Below are positions 1-11,869 of a stretch of DNA of 64,000 nucleotides, one piece after another. Under the pieces are notes generated by a model that was not told the DNA's origin, ran no database searches, and worked only from the letters and a program-made list of their open reading frames with translations. Every line of letters begins with the position of its first letter. Positions within the stretch are counted from its first letter, which is position 1. Made by a program: the position numbers and the translations under genes. This DNA comes from Lama guanicoe (Eukaryota), in the NCBI GenBank assembly GCA_013239625.1, contig MU053652.1, positions 7,183,902 to 7,247,901 of the forward strand. The letters are read 5' to 3'.

Positions 1-59
1 ACTTTTGAATAAACTCACTTTTTTTTTTTAAACTGGAGAAATAACTGTCAGTCTACTTG

Positions 60-260
60 TTTTGGGTCAACAGGGTTGAGATCTTGGCTCTATTTAGTAA
101 TATTTCTGGGTAAACTATGCAACTACTCTATACCTTAGTTTAATCATCTGTAAATTGAATGATAATGGCATTACCTCTTAGAGCTGTGATAAAGGTTAAC
201 TGAGTTGTTGTTTCTATTCAGAACAGTGCCTGGCATATATAAATACTTGTTAAATGATCA
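60..260 (+). mobile_element. MIR/L2-like ancient repeat fragment
   Basis: Degenerate MIR core 'ccttagtttaatcatctgtaaattgaatgataatggcattacctcttagagctgtgat...agaacagtgcctggcatata'; boundaries approximate. Confidence 0.5.
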
Positions 261-799
261 ACTGAGGCATTTCTATATTTTTTGCCTTGAAATCTTCATG
301 CATGGAGGGCTTGAAACAATTTTTTAAATTTACCAAACTATTTGATTCTATAGGAAAATACTTCACCAAAGTTTTTATCTACTCCATGTTAAAATATTTC
401 GTTGGCCATCTTTGTTTTTAGCTTTTTATATTCTTTTTATGACTCTTTTCTTATATGTTTCTTTTACATTGCTACATACTTTTGAATGTGAGAAGTTCTT
501 TCTGCTTCCACTTGTTTACAGAATTTAATGTGGGAAGAGACCAGAAGATTACTTCAGGCCAACATGATGAAGATTGTGGTAAACTGCTTTGCTGCACAAA
601 TGGAATATATATATATATATAGGTTTTTTTTTTTCTCTTCAACCCCCATTCCCTTGCCACTCCATGAGGACTAAGAGGATCAAGAAGGCTGCTTCAGCCC
701 ACACACTTGGCCTTGATGTCTAACACAAGAGTCAATTTTCCACTTAATGGTTCCAGCCACTTTGGAAACCTGCTGCTCTGACAGATTTGCTCATGATCT

Positions 800-1450
800 G
801 AAGTGGTTGCTAATCTTTCCCGACTTCTCTCTTAATGTAATCATTTCAACATTTTGTCTCCAATGTGCAATGCATTTGGTATCCTTTACTAATGTTTCAG
901 AGTTTGGGTTTATTGGTGCTAATATCATCTAAAATAAAATTTCTGTTTCTACTTCTCATTTTTTTTGTTAGAAATTGGCAGAGATTTTGTTTCTTCTCCA
1001 GATTAAAAGTGAATGTCTTTGTTGTGTATTTTTTAAGAGTAAATCTTTTACTATCTATTTAATTTTATCTATAATTATTCATTGATTAATGGTCTCTTTA
1101 TCATGCTAGAACCAATGTGAGCAATTTATATTTCCCTAGAATTATTCATTTCATTTAGCCTTTGAATTTTATTGGTGTAAATTTTTGCAAAGCATTATTT
1201 TATACTCATTTAATATTCTACATCTATAATAGGTCACATTAGTTCTGATGTTTTTATAACATCTTGACTAACTCTAAAGATGTTAATTGTATGCCTTTTA
1301 AAGGATTCTGTTTGGTCTCTAAAATATTCAGATTAATTTCTTGAAAAAGTAGGCTTGGTGACATGTTAATAAAGCATATTTTCCTCGAAATTGTGGTGAT
1401 ATTTTTGCTAGTTCCTCATAATTTTGTTTGATAACTTGTTTGCCTGGCTG
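800..1450 (-). mobile_element. Old L1 fragments (antisense)
   Basis: T-rich degenerate antisense L1-like text ('tttatattttccctagaattattcatttcattt...ttattggtgtaaattttt'); approximate. Confidence 0.35.
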
Positions 1451-3739
1451 TGGATGTGTATTCTAACATCAGAGCTGGCCTCAGGAGACCGTGGGAGTAA
1501 AATGCTGGTAGACTTTGCCTGAAATTTCTGTCTGATTATGTCTGGTTTCAATGATGCAGGCACTCATCCTCGCCACTCTGCTCTGTGGGCAAATGCAGCT
1601 GATGCCCAGGGAAGGAGAGGACTCCGTGCAGCCATTCCACACGCAGTCCCCCAAATAATCCTTTCTCTGCAGGCCTCCCCAACTGCTTTAATGTGTTGCT
1701 CTGGACTTGAATCATCCTTTGCTTCCATTTCACGTGTGCCCCGCAATCCTCCTCCTAATGTCTTTTGAGCTGTGGTTTACCTGAGTCTCTTTTCTCTGTT
1801 CTCTGTATTTAACAAATTCTTCAACTTACATGACTAATTGATAAAGATATTCTAGTTTTCCATCACCGCTTTGTATTTGTTATGTTGTGAAATGTATGTG
1901 GCCATTTAAAGGTGACTTGGCTTGGAGAGGGTTCTTATGTTTACTTAGCCATCTTCCTCCAGTGTCCTTGCTCAGCATTTCCTATGATTACTGACTTGAA
2001 GCCTGATTTTTCTCTCTGACTTTTCTAAAAAGGTAATGTAGTATTTGTGTGGATTTATTTCTTCTAGAAATTTGGTTTTGGTTTTTTTTTGTTTTTTTTT
2101 TTTAGTAGTTTAGTAGTACTTTTAGTGAAGGAATTTGTCACTTGCAGAATGTTTCTTCCATATGTGTTTAAGACATGAGGCAGCTTACAAAGACCATATT
2201 GGTAGGTAGAATGGTCTAATTATACCTAACACATTAAAATGTATTAATTTGTAGTGTGAAGATTTGAAGAATATCATTAGATAGTTGCTTATCTGGTGGC
2301 CCTAATTAAAAGAAGCCCTTTAAAACTTGTAATTTGGGGGATTTTCGATATTTAATAGTGTCCATGTTTTTCACCTCCATGGGAGTCATCACCACAGAAT
2401 GCAGCTATTACGGCACAGGCACAGAGTAGATGAATCTATGCAAAAAATGTGGATATTTGCACTCTCACTTCACTGGCTGTTGTTTTTATATTTGCTTTCA
2501 TTAAAAAATGGGGGATATGTCAAACATAGCTCCAAAGGTCTTATATTAAAAGTTGGAGGTACCTGAATATAATTGAACTATGCAATTATAATTAGAATAT
2601 GCTTAAACCGTCAATCTACAAATATGGCTCTAATTGTAGTGTGTATTTTATTATTGGATTCTGGGAAAAAAATGGAAAATTTCAAAGTTTATATAGGTCT
2701 GTAGAAGTTGCCCCATATAAAATTTCCAGAAAGTTTTATAATTTTAGTGTTTTATCTTTATATTAATATTTTATATGATTTTTTCCCCACAGGCCTCCAG
2801 GATTTACAGTAGTATGAAATTATTGGGGTAATAGATAGTTGTATTTACCAAAGGGCCTCTAAGACTTAAACTGGAATTAGATTATCAATTTATTATATAT
2901 CCCAGTCTGTCCTGAAAAGTGTCTTTGTTATTTTTTCCTCCCAGATTGTTGATTCATCCTCAAAAACAAATAGTTTAAATGAGGTTTGCTTCGCCTTGAG
3001 GCATTCACTGTCTGGACTTCCTCTTTTTGTTCAATACTCCTTAAAGGGTAAGTGTTTTACCTCCTAAATCTGTGTCCTGGAAATAGTTATAAATTAGTTA
3101 TAAAACAGTTAAAATTTGTCTTCAAAAAGTGAGATAAATATACCTAGAAGGATATGCCATATATTCTCTTTGCCCTCCTAGACCTTCTCGCCATTCTTTG
3201 ATGTGCTCTCTGCCAGAGGAGGCTGATGTGTGCAGACCATATCATTTCTACCCCATACTCACACGGATCTGTGAGTTGGCTTGAAGCTGGCCACATCACT
3301 ACACTACACAGGTTACATCTCTGTTCAAGGCAGTCTTCTCTGTACAACTTTCTCCTTCTAAGATACAGGAACTGCTCCCTCTCCTTACTGTTGACATAGG
3401 TGGTCTACAGCCTTAGAAGACATGTCGACACAGATGGTGTCAGGTTTCACAAAGGAAGAAAATAGTGGCACTACTAAAGAAAAGGAGATGACAATAGTTC
3501 TAATAGTGAGGCTTACATAGTGTAGCCAAGCTCAGTTTTTGGCTCATGGAGACTAAAAACTTGTATTAATTATTTTGTTGCAAATGAAATAAAACCCGTA
3601 CCCAAATGTCATAAGCAAAAATGGATTAGCACTTAAACTGAAAAGTCTAAAAACAGATGATCAGTTATCAACAGATCTGGAGCTCAAACATTGTCATTTG
3701 GATTGGTAATATATAGTCACCTAGTTGCTTTAAAACAGA

Positions 3740-4500
3740 TATAAGATAGTAAAGGAATGGTGAACAAGGGGTTAAGAAAGTAGTCTCTGATAAGGTAACC
3801 TTTCAGTAGAGACCTGAAGGAAGAGAGTGAGTTTCGTGGATATTTGGAGAAGAGAATTTCAATGTGTTTACAGTGTTTCAGTATCAGCAAGAGAGTCAGT
3901 ACTGTTTAGCAGAGTGACTGAGGGGCATATTTGAATGTAAAGTTGGAAGTGGTGAGAGGCCAGATTTTTTTTTTCCTGAGTGTGATGAAAAATCATTGAA
4001 AGGTATTGCATGGGGGAGTGACATTTTCTAAATATATTTTAAAAGCATCACTCTGGGTCCTATGTGGAGAATTGGATGTAAGAGTATATAAGAATGGTAG
4101 TTAGGAAACCACTTTAGAAGGCTGTTGCTTTGAAACTGTGCAAGATAATTGGCTTGATGAAGGTGGTGGCAAGTGCCTAGATCCAGGATAGGATATTATC
4201 TGAAGACAGAGACAACAGGACTTCCTTACAGATTGGTTGTGGGGTGTTAGAAGAAGAATTAAGGGCATCTTCAAGGTGGCTTAGCCTGAGTAATTAATTG
4301 CATGGTGTTGGTGCCATTCATTGAGTAGGGGAATATCAAAGAGGAGCAATTTGGGGCTCACAAAATCCTGAGATCTCTCTTGGGCCTGCTATGGTTTGAA
4401 AGTTGAAGATACCTTCTAGACATCTGCATGAAGATACCTAGCATGCAAATGAAAATACAGGTCTGGAATTCATGGGAAATATAAATTTTGGAAATATACA
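3740..4500 (-). mobile_element. L2 LINE fragment
   Basis: Purine-rich text typical of antisense L2 ('gagacctgaaggaagag', 'attttaaaagcatcactctgggtcctatgtggagaattggat', 'ttagcctgagtaattaattgcatggtg'). Confidence 0.55.
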
Positions 4501-4599
4501 TCTTAGAGGCTACTTTTTTAAAAATCTCCTATCGAGTATCACATTTTGCTAAGTGAAGATTATTAGTGATGTTAGAAGTCTTGTACCTATGAGTTCCCT

Positions 4600-5020
4600 T
4601 GTACTTGCCTGAAACAAGGCAGCTTTTGACCGCCAGTCATATAAAACTGGAAATGAGCTCATAGAACTAGAAATTCAGAGGCATGTGAATTTCAGAGTTA
4701 GTTGATTCAAGGGCGTAAGGCCACCATCAAATTTGCGGGATTTTTTTTTAATCTAACATTCTGCCCAGTTATCACAGACTGGCTCAATTTAAATCTGGCT
4801 CCTTTTTGGTCATGGAATGGCATCTAGGAGTAATTGGTCTACACGTCTTCTCACTTTGTATCAGGAGAATGGGAGTCTAATTTGTCATATTATCTCTACA
4901 GAGAGGAAAAAATCTCTCCCAGAAGTCCCCAGCAAATAGCTTTTCATCTTTCCTTGACTTGCATTGGATCACATGCTCATTCCTGAATCTGTGATTGTGG
5001 CAAAGAGGTTAGGATTTTTC
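4600..5020 (-). mobile_element. MaLR (MLT1J/K-like) LTR fragment
   Basis: 'tctcccagaagtccccagcaaatagcttttcatc...ttggatcacatgctcattcctgaatc' resembles old MLT1 LTRs; a possible further piece lies at ~3560-3700. Confidence 0.4.
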
Positions 5021-7601
5021 TGATGGAGTAATAAGTGGTTTGATATAAAGGATAATGGACAGAAATTGAAAGAATCGAAGAATGTTTAATGTAAGGAAAA
5101 ATTAAGAAGGAGATTGATCAAGATTACTATTATTAGTATTTGGAAGTGTAATATGAATAGAATTAGCAGATTACTTGCAGTACATAAAAATTTTTCTCAT
5201 AGCCAGATATAAATGATAAGGCAAGAAGAATAAATTTCCTTTTCATCATTTTCTTTCATTCTAATAGACTTGCAAGACGCTGTTAAGCAAACATGCCTCT
5301 AGACTTTGGATTCATTTATACCATCTTATTATGAAAATAAGTAGGAATGGCAAAGTATTTGTTTTTCTCCATCTGTTCTATTTCTTTGGCTGTGTCAGAC
5401 TTTGACACTGTATTCTGGGTTGAATATACCCTAATTAAACTGAAAATTTTCACATATGATTATATGGTAATCATTTCTATTCTGATCTAATCATAGGACA
5501 GATATCTTGCACTAATTTTTTGCTATTGAGAACTAGATAAAAGTAGGGCCAACACAAATGATATTTTATCCTCTCATTAATACAGTAGCTATAACCTATC
5601 ATTGTAGGGAGAAAAGATAAACTGTCATTTAGCCACAGAAACTTTCACTGTTGTACACAGGAGAAAAATGGATAAAATACCCTCAGTTTTCATCAAGGAG
5701 ACTCTGTGATGTTGAATTTTCCATTTCCTGAAAAAACATATGAACATAATGAATAAATGCAGATTCTATTTAAACTAATAGAAGAAAGATCTGACAAAGG
5801 TACAAAATGTCTTTTTGTGTTAAAAATTCATTTTGAATCTAAAACAAATTAGTTCTCAATTATTCTAAATAACCATGATAATTTTAAAAACATGCAATCT
5901 CCCAACCAATTTTCCATTATTTAAAACTATTCATTAGAAAGATTTTAAAAGTGTACCTATTTTTGATCACTCAAAAAATATAGGAAAAAAAGAGAAAAAT
6001 ATCAGATTAACAAATTGCTACCTACCACCATGCTCTCCAACTTTCAGAACTGCACCATGGTCTTTTTAAAATGAACAAATTATCAACACAATTTTTTAGT
6101 CTAAGAGTACATAAAGTTTTATATGTGAGTGTTACTTGCAGGATTTTCCAGGACATATCCTCATGGTATAAAAGGTAGGGCATTCCGAAAATAGAGACTC
6201 TCAACTCAAGACATAAATCCAAACATCTACAGTGTTAAGAAGGTGGAAGTTCCTCTTTGACTAATCTGTCTTTGTCTGTTGATTTCTAGCAGGTCTTTTT
6301 CTCTTACTTTTCTTTATCCCTCTTCTGTGTGTGCTGCCTCAGTTACACTTGTACCAATCTGAACATAGACCAAGTTCCTTACTTCTTTACTGAAAGTTCA
6401 ACAACTTTATTAAAATTTTTATTTTTTGAATGGGCAGGACAGCACAGGCATCAAAGAGTGACATCTCTTTAAAGGAATTATCCACACCCTCTGGCTTTTT
6501 CCCAGTTCCTCCTCAGTTTTGTCCCTTCTCTCCTTTTGTAGAGAAACTTGAAGAACAAACCATTTTCTCAGGGAACATGATTATTCCCACATATTGGTGC
6601 TTGTGGGTTTTGGTTTTTTTCTATAAGCAAGTTTGTCAGAGCATCTTTTTCTGAATTAACACTCACATTGCAGGGTTTTTTCTTTTTTGTCTCAATATGT
6701 ATCTTTGGTGTAACTTAAATAAAGGTCATCTCTGTTGAAACAGCCTGTCTCAACCCTGTGCCTCTTAAGATGAGCTATTCAAGTGCCATATGGCATGGTC
6801 CAAAACAGGAGAAAGCTGCAGTCTACTTTGTGATTAAATCACGACCCTTTTTGCTTAGTCCAGTCTTGCTTCACACATTTGAATCCCTGTTATGCTGACT
6901 TGGCTTTAGATTATTATTTTCTGTTTCTAGCCATTCACTTTTTCCTTAGTGTGTGGTTTGTGCCTTAGTATTTCTCTCAGACATAGATTTTCACTGAATT
7001 TGATTTGGAGAAAACTGGAAGTTATGCATGCAAATTTTTAAAAATTTATCCAAAAATACAAAAGTTGTGAGGGGAGCTCTTCCATAGACACTGGTATTTT
7101 TCTCAATTCATGGTACCCATTATTATGTCTAAAAATGTCTTTATTATCTTCCTAATATGCAATGAATGATTATATATCTTATCATTATATACTTTAAACA
7201 TAAATTTGCTATAAAGTTATATTTGAAATATCTTGTTTCAATTATATAACAATATAGAAATGTGATGCTTTAGAAATGGGATTTTATACATTCATCTAGA
7301 TGTTCAGTAGGATTGGACAGAAATGCTGTGAGAACACAAGGAAATGAACTCTGAACAATGTAGCCTAAATATTACTGTTCAGAAATCTCAGGAATAAGTA
7401 AAACATGATATTGTCAAGTTGTAGGGCTGCAACATGATAACAAGTGTTTGCAGGAAGATGGTAGATTGCAACAGGAAGGGGTTGATGACCCCGAAAGTAC
7501 AACAAAGGAAATAAATATGAAATATTGGGTGACTAGAAAATTCAATTCAAAATTTCAACTTTAAAAAGTAAATAGTAAAGAGCAACTTAAAAATGCTATT
7601 G

Positions 7602-7765
7602 ATACGTATTTGGCAGGGGAGATACCATGATCACGAAGGTAGTTTTCCCAGGGCAAGGCTCATCCATTGCACTCTGGATGTGCTGACCCCTGTGATTTCC
7701 CCAAATGTGGGAAACTTGACTGCATAATTTGTGGTAGTGGGGGACTGCGTTCACACTTTCTCCTA
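7602..7765 (+). pseudogene. RNU1: U1 snRNA processed (retro)pseudogene, full length
   Basis: 164 nt colinear with U1 (…TGGCAGGGGAGATACCATGATCACGAAGG…GCATAATTTGTGGTAGTGGGGGACTGCGTTC…), ~13 substitutions by hand count, 6 of them CpG decay. A-rich tail 7766-7795; TSD AAAATGCTATTG at 7590-7601 and 7796-7807; TT/AAAA L1-endonuclease site. Confidence 0.95.
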
Positions 7766-8549
7766 AAGAAAAAAAATTAATTAATTAAAAAAATTAAAAT
7801 GCTATTGAGAGGGAAGAATTATCAGAAATTTGTAAATTAATTTCTTTCATTTTGGTCAATTACTTAGAATAACAGCACTGATGTTTCTACTTTTCTTAAT
7901 TAAAAAAAAACCCATTCTACTTTTAGTGCTCATTACTTATTAGTGAGATCTTGTTTTAACTTTTCTTAAAAATTGGACATTTTTACAGTGTAGATTTTAT
8001 ACCAAAACTTTCTTCTTTGTACCTTTAAAGATTGTTACTTGTAATAGCTATTACATTGTTTTCTTGTGTAGCTTTTTATGCTGCTTCAATAGCTGTAAAA
8101 AACAGTAACAGATTGTTTTGGCATATGTGAGTTCATTGCCGTATCTATTTGATTCAATTTCTTTTTTTTTCTCTTTTATTATCTTAAATTACACTGTATT
8201 TCACGTTCAATTTTCTTCATTCATAGTACAAACTAATTGCCGATGTAAGGGAAAGAAGTATAGGATCCGGAACCAGGTGCATACCTAGCTCAGCCACTAA
8301 TTGGGAGACTGAGGAAGAAACAGGATTGGAAGTCACTTGGATGTGTAGGGATTATCTAGGTCCTAGAGCAATTGAGAACAATCATACACGCACACACAAA
8401 AGTGATACAGACTTCTCTTAGATATCTGCACCACAGTAGAATGTGGACATTTATAGGCTAAATGGTGGTGGTTGGGGTGGGGGGAGACAACTAAAGTTTT
8501 AAAGGTTCAGTTGTTAGAGGATAAGAGAAAAACTAAGAACACAGGGTAG

Positions 8550-9178
8550 TGTTACTGAACTCAAGTTTGGCTGCTAATCGCTCAAGAATCCAATACTAAG
8601 AGACAAGTGTTGGGTAAAAGGAAAGATAGCTTTATTAAGGAAGCTGACAGTCTTGCGGAGAAGGTGGATTTATGTCTCAACAAACCAACTCCGAACTCTT
8701 CAGGTTTTGCTCAGAGATTATATGGGGAAGAGAGGCAAAGAGCTGTGTCCTGAGGTGTAGTTTTCAAGCTATATGTGATCAGCTCATGGATATTCTTCTG
8801 ATTGGTTGCTGGCGAGGTAATCAGGAGTCAGCATCAACCTTCTGGTTCCAACAGGTCTGGGGTCTATGTGCTTGTGGGCAGCATACAATTAACTTCTTTC
8901 ATCTAGTGGGCATTTCAGTATGTGCAAAATGGCTCAAAGTATATGGCATAGAATATTATCTATAGCCCTTGAGGAGGAATGAAGGGTCTTTGACTTTATT
9001 TAATGGCTGAACTATTATTATTTTGTCCTATTTTACTATTTTCCTTTGTTTCTGCATTTCTCATTTCTCTGATTAAATTTATTATTTGGCTGAAGTTCTT
9101 CTGCAGACAAGAGGACATGGGGTGGGGGTGGGGGTTGTTCTGTCCCAGGAAGGCCTTATAGGATCCTGCTCAGTTACA
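8550..9178 (-). mobile_element. Solo ERV1-type LTR (629 bp)
   Basis: Termini TGTTACTGA...TCAGTTACA (inverted); 4-bp TSD GTAG (8546-8549, 9179-9182); TTTATT near 8631 is a minus-strand polyA signal. Confidence 0.85.
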
Positions 9179-9492
9179 GTAGCAAAATGAAAATGCTTTT
9201 TCAAAAGATGAGTAAAAGATGTGTTCTTTTGGCTTAACAACAAAGAGGTCTTCAGTGATCTTGGAAAGGCAGCTTCAGTGTAATAGGATGGAGTTGGGAG
9301 TGAAATGGAATGATGGAAGCCAGAGGTGAGGAAAGAGAAAACTTTTTCCTAAACATTTATTCTTTCAACAAATATTTAGCCCCTATAATATCCCAAACAC
9401 TGCACACGCTTTATGCATATGATGGTAAACAATTCTCCCTACCCTTTGTAAGCTTAGGGTGTGAAACAATGTGTTTAAATGCCAATGGCAAA

Positions 9493-9817
9493 TGTAAAAA
9501 ATTAATAAACAGAAACCTCAGTTAAACAGAATTGGGAGATCAGAAGGAAGGGCTCTCACACCTTGCTGACCACAACAGGAAGAAGAAAGACTCCTTTCCT
9601 ACAAAGATTCAGACAATGAAAAGCCACAGACACTTTGTTTACTAAAGCCCTCCCAGCTTCCTTTTCCCCTCTGTAATGGTTTTCTTTCTCCCTTGCTGGA
9701 TGGAGACTTGCATGTCTCCTCATAGTTGCAGACCTTGAGTTGCAATGTTCCTCTGATCCCCAGTAAACCCATCTTTGCTGGAGAAATACCTGACAGTTTA
9801 TTTGTTTCAGGTCAACA
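9493..9817 (+). mobile_element. Solo ERV1-type LTR (325 bp, MER34/39-like 3' end)
   Basis: TGTAAA...TCAACA termini; 4-bp TSD CAAA (9489-9492, 9818-9821); AGTAAA polyA variant followed by 'cccatctttgctggagaaatacc...tttcaggtcaaca'. Confidence 0.75.
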
Positions 9818-10429
9818 CAAAGAAAAAGAAAGAAAAGTTAAAAGCAGGTAGAGAGAAGAGAAATAATTGAGGACAGAGGTGAATTTAACATGGCCAGGAT
9901 CCAGAGCCAAGATGGAGAGCTTCACTTAGGCAAGAAGAACAGTATTTCTGAGTTGGGAGAGATCAGGGTAGGAACAAGTAGAGGATCTAAGCCTTACATA
10001 GAATAGTTTTCCTCAAGTGGACAGCTGCTGAGGCTGTTATCACCGCTGGTTTATGTATGGTATACGAATACAGTAGTGGGAAAGGAAGGGAAAATGGACT
10101 AACACCAAGTGCTTCCTGCCTAAAATATAGTTTAACTATAGTTAGCCATTTCTTCCTGCAAATATTTATGTGCAGCAGATGAATCAGTTCAAAATAGCTC
10201 TGGAGATACGTAAATCTTTATTACATTACAGTTTTGCACTGAGGTGGTTTCACTTTAACGGTTAGAGGCATAAATCAAAAATTAGCAGAGGATTCATATT
10301 TAACATGTCTCATCAATTACAGCATAAAATCATAGCCATATAAACCAGTGAAGAGGTTAATCAAATCTGTCTGAAAGTAGCATTACTCATTGGTGGAATT
10401 ATTTCATTGTTAACACTATATTTGAGCGC

Positions 10430-10960
10430 TTGCACTTAACGGGGAGAGAACTGGCGGGTAAAACAAGAGCCCTGCCGGTAGGAGCGTCCAAACTACTGAA
10501 CGTAATCTCAAATCCCGCCCTGGTTTTGGAAAGGCTTCTCATTGGTTACAGGATTTAGGTATCGCTCAGCGCACCGCACCCGCCTCCCCAGCCTGAGCCT
10601 CCCGCCAGGCTGCCGAAACTGACGGGGGCGGGGCTAAGAGGAGCGGCGGGAACTCCGTGGGTGGTGAAGTTTTGCTGCCCCACGCTCCCCCTGGCGCCGC
10701 ACCCTCTAAGTATTCCGTCAAATTTCGGTGGCATTTTAGCCCTAGAAAGCATCGTGCAATTGTTCTCTGGGGATGCGGAAGGGAGGGGGCATAGCCTAGT
10801 GAGCCTCTGCGCATGCGTGGGGCGGGGGTGGGTTCGCTGGCTGCTGGCGTGCGTGTGACGTCACGGGCGCGACGGTCTCAACTCTTCCTTGTTTCTCTTT
10901 AGACGGCGGTTGAGTCAATTTCCAAGTAGGTTTGGAAGTCTTTCCATAGGTACAAGGTGA
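10430..10960. promoter_or_regulatory. POT1: CpG-island promoter of POT1 (TATA-less)
   Basis: Only CpG-dense, GC-rich stretch in the window. Inverted CCAAT (ATTGG 10541-10545); GC boxes GGGGCGGGG (10625-10633, 10819-10827); NRF1 TGCGCATGCG (10808-10817); palindromic CRE GTGACGTCAC (10855-10864); E2F-like TGGCGGG (10452) and TCCCGCC (10513). Confidence 0.9.
10860..10956 (+). other. POT1: POT1 exon 1 (5' UTR); TSS approximate
   Basis: Perfect donor AAG|GTGAGT at 10956/10957 at the 3' edge of the CpG island. Confidence 0.8.
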
Positions 10961-11717
10961 GTAGGGGCCTGAATCAGTGTTATGAGGAGACTGATTTAGC
11001 TTAGATCAAAATTTGGAGGAGTTATTGCAGAGAAACCCTTCATCCTTGTCTTTCTCGTGAGTCTGCTGTGTTGAGCATCTTTTTTTGGCGTTTTATGAGC
11101 AGCTGAGTTGAATTAATCCAGGTCCCCGCCTTAACGCCGCTCAGCTGGCTTGGAGAGGTTTGATGCGCACACACTAAAATTAATTAGCGACACTAGTGCG
11201 TGTCCCAGTCGAAAAGTTTTAGGAAAAAGATTGAATCTGCAATGCATAAGTTAAATAGGCGTTTCGGTTGCATAGGAGCTGGAGGGAGGAGACAGCAGAT
11301 ATATTTTGGAGCAATAAGCGTTCGATGAATAATTTGCGTACACAGTGTTAAAACTGCCAAAGGGATTAAAAAACAAAACCAAAACTTTTCAGCCCCCATT
11401 CCTTTCCCTACAATAGCTTGTACGTTTTAAAGCACAGTGATATAGGAAGTTGTTAGTGCAGTTTTCACAGATCCTTAAAGTAACTTTTAGAGATACTTCT
11501 TTAAATGCAAAACGACATAGAAAAGGGTTGGGTTTCAGTGTCTTAGGACAATGCTATACTGATCCTTGTTACAAAGTTATGGAATAATCCACCCTTCCTC
11601 CCTCTCCCCCAACAATGATGAGTAACTAACTTAAAGGAAAAGCAAAACTAAATCAAAGAAGTTTAAAGCAAATGATTGATTACAATTTGGATAAAACACT
11701 GGTATTTTTGTTTTCAG

Positions 11718-11856
11718 CAGTAAGCTATCTGATATGCCACTTGAATTAATAAAAGAAGTCAGTGGAGTGCCTGAAGTTGATCTTTTAAGTAAATTTCACA
11801 GAGTAGATTTCAGATCCCTACAACCAGGTTGTGATTATAGCAAGACATATATCCAG
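11718..11856 (+). other. POT1: POT1 exon 2 (5' leader), NAGNAG acceptor (11718 or 11721)
   Basis: tttttgttttCAG|CAG acceptor; CAG|GTAAGA donor at 11856/11857; contains the first ATG (11734). Confidence 0.65.
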
Positions 11857-11869
11857 GTAAGAATTCTCA

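Noticed and set aside
7602..7765. Functional U1 snRNA gene
   Set aside because: TSDs, A-tail, CpG decay and a mutated 5' arm indicate a retropseudogene.
10555..10858. Short ORFs in the CpG island
   Set aside because: Expected in GC-rich promoter DNA; no recognisable protein.
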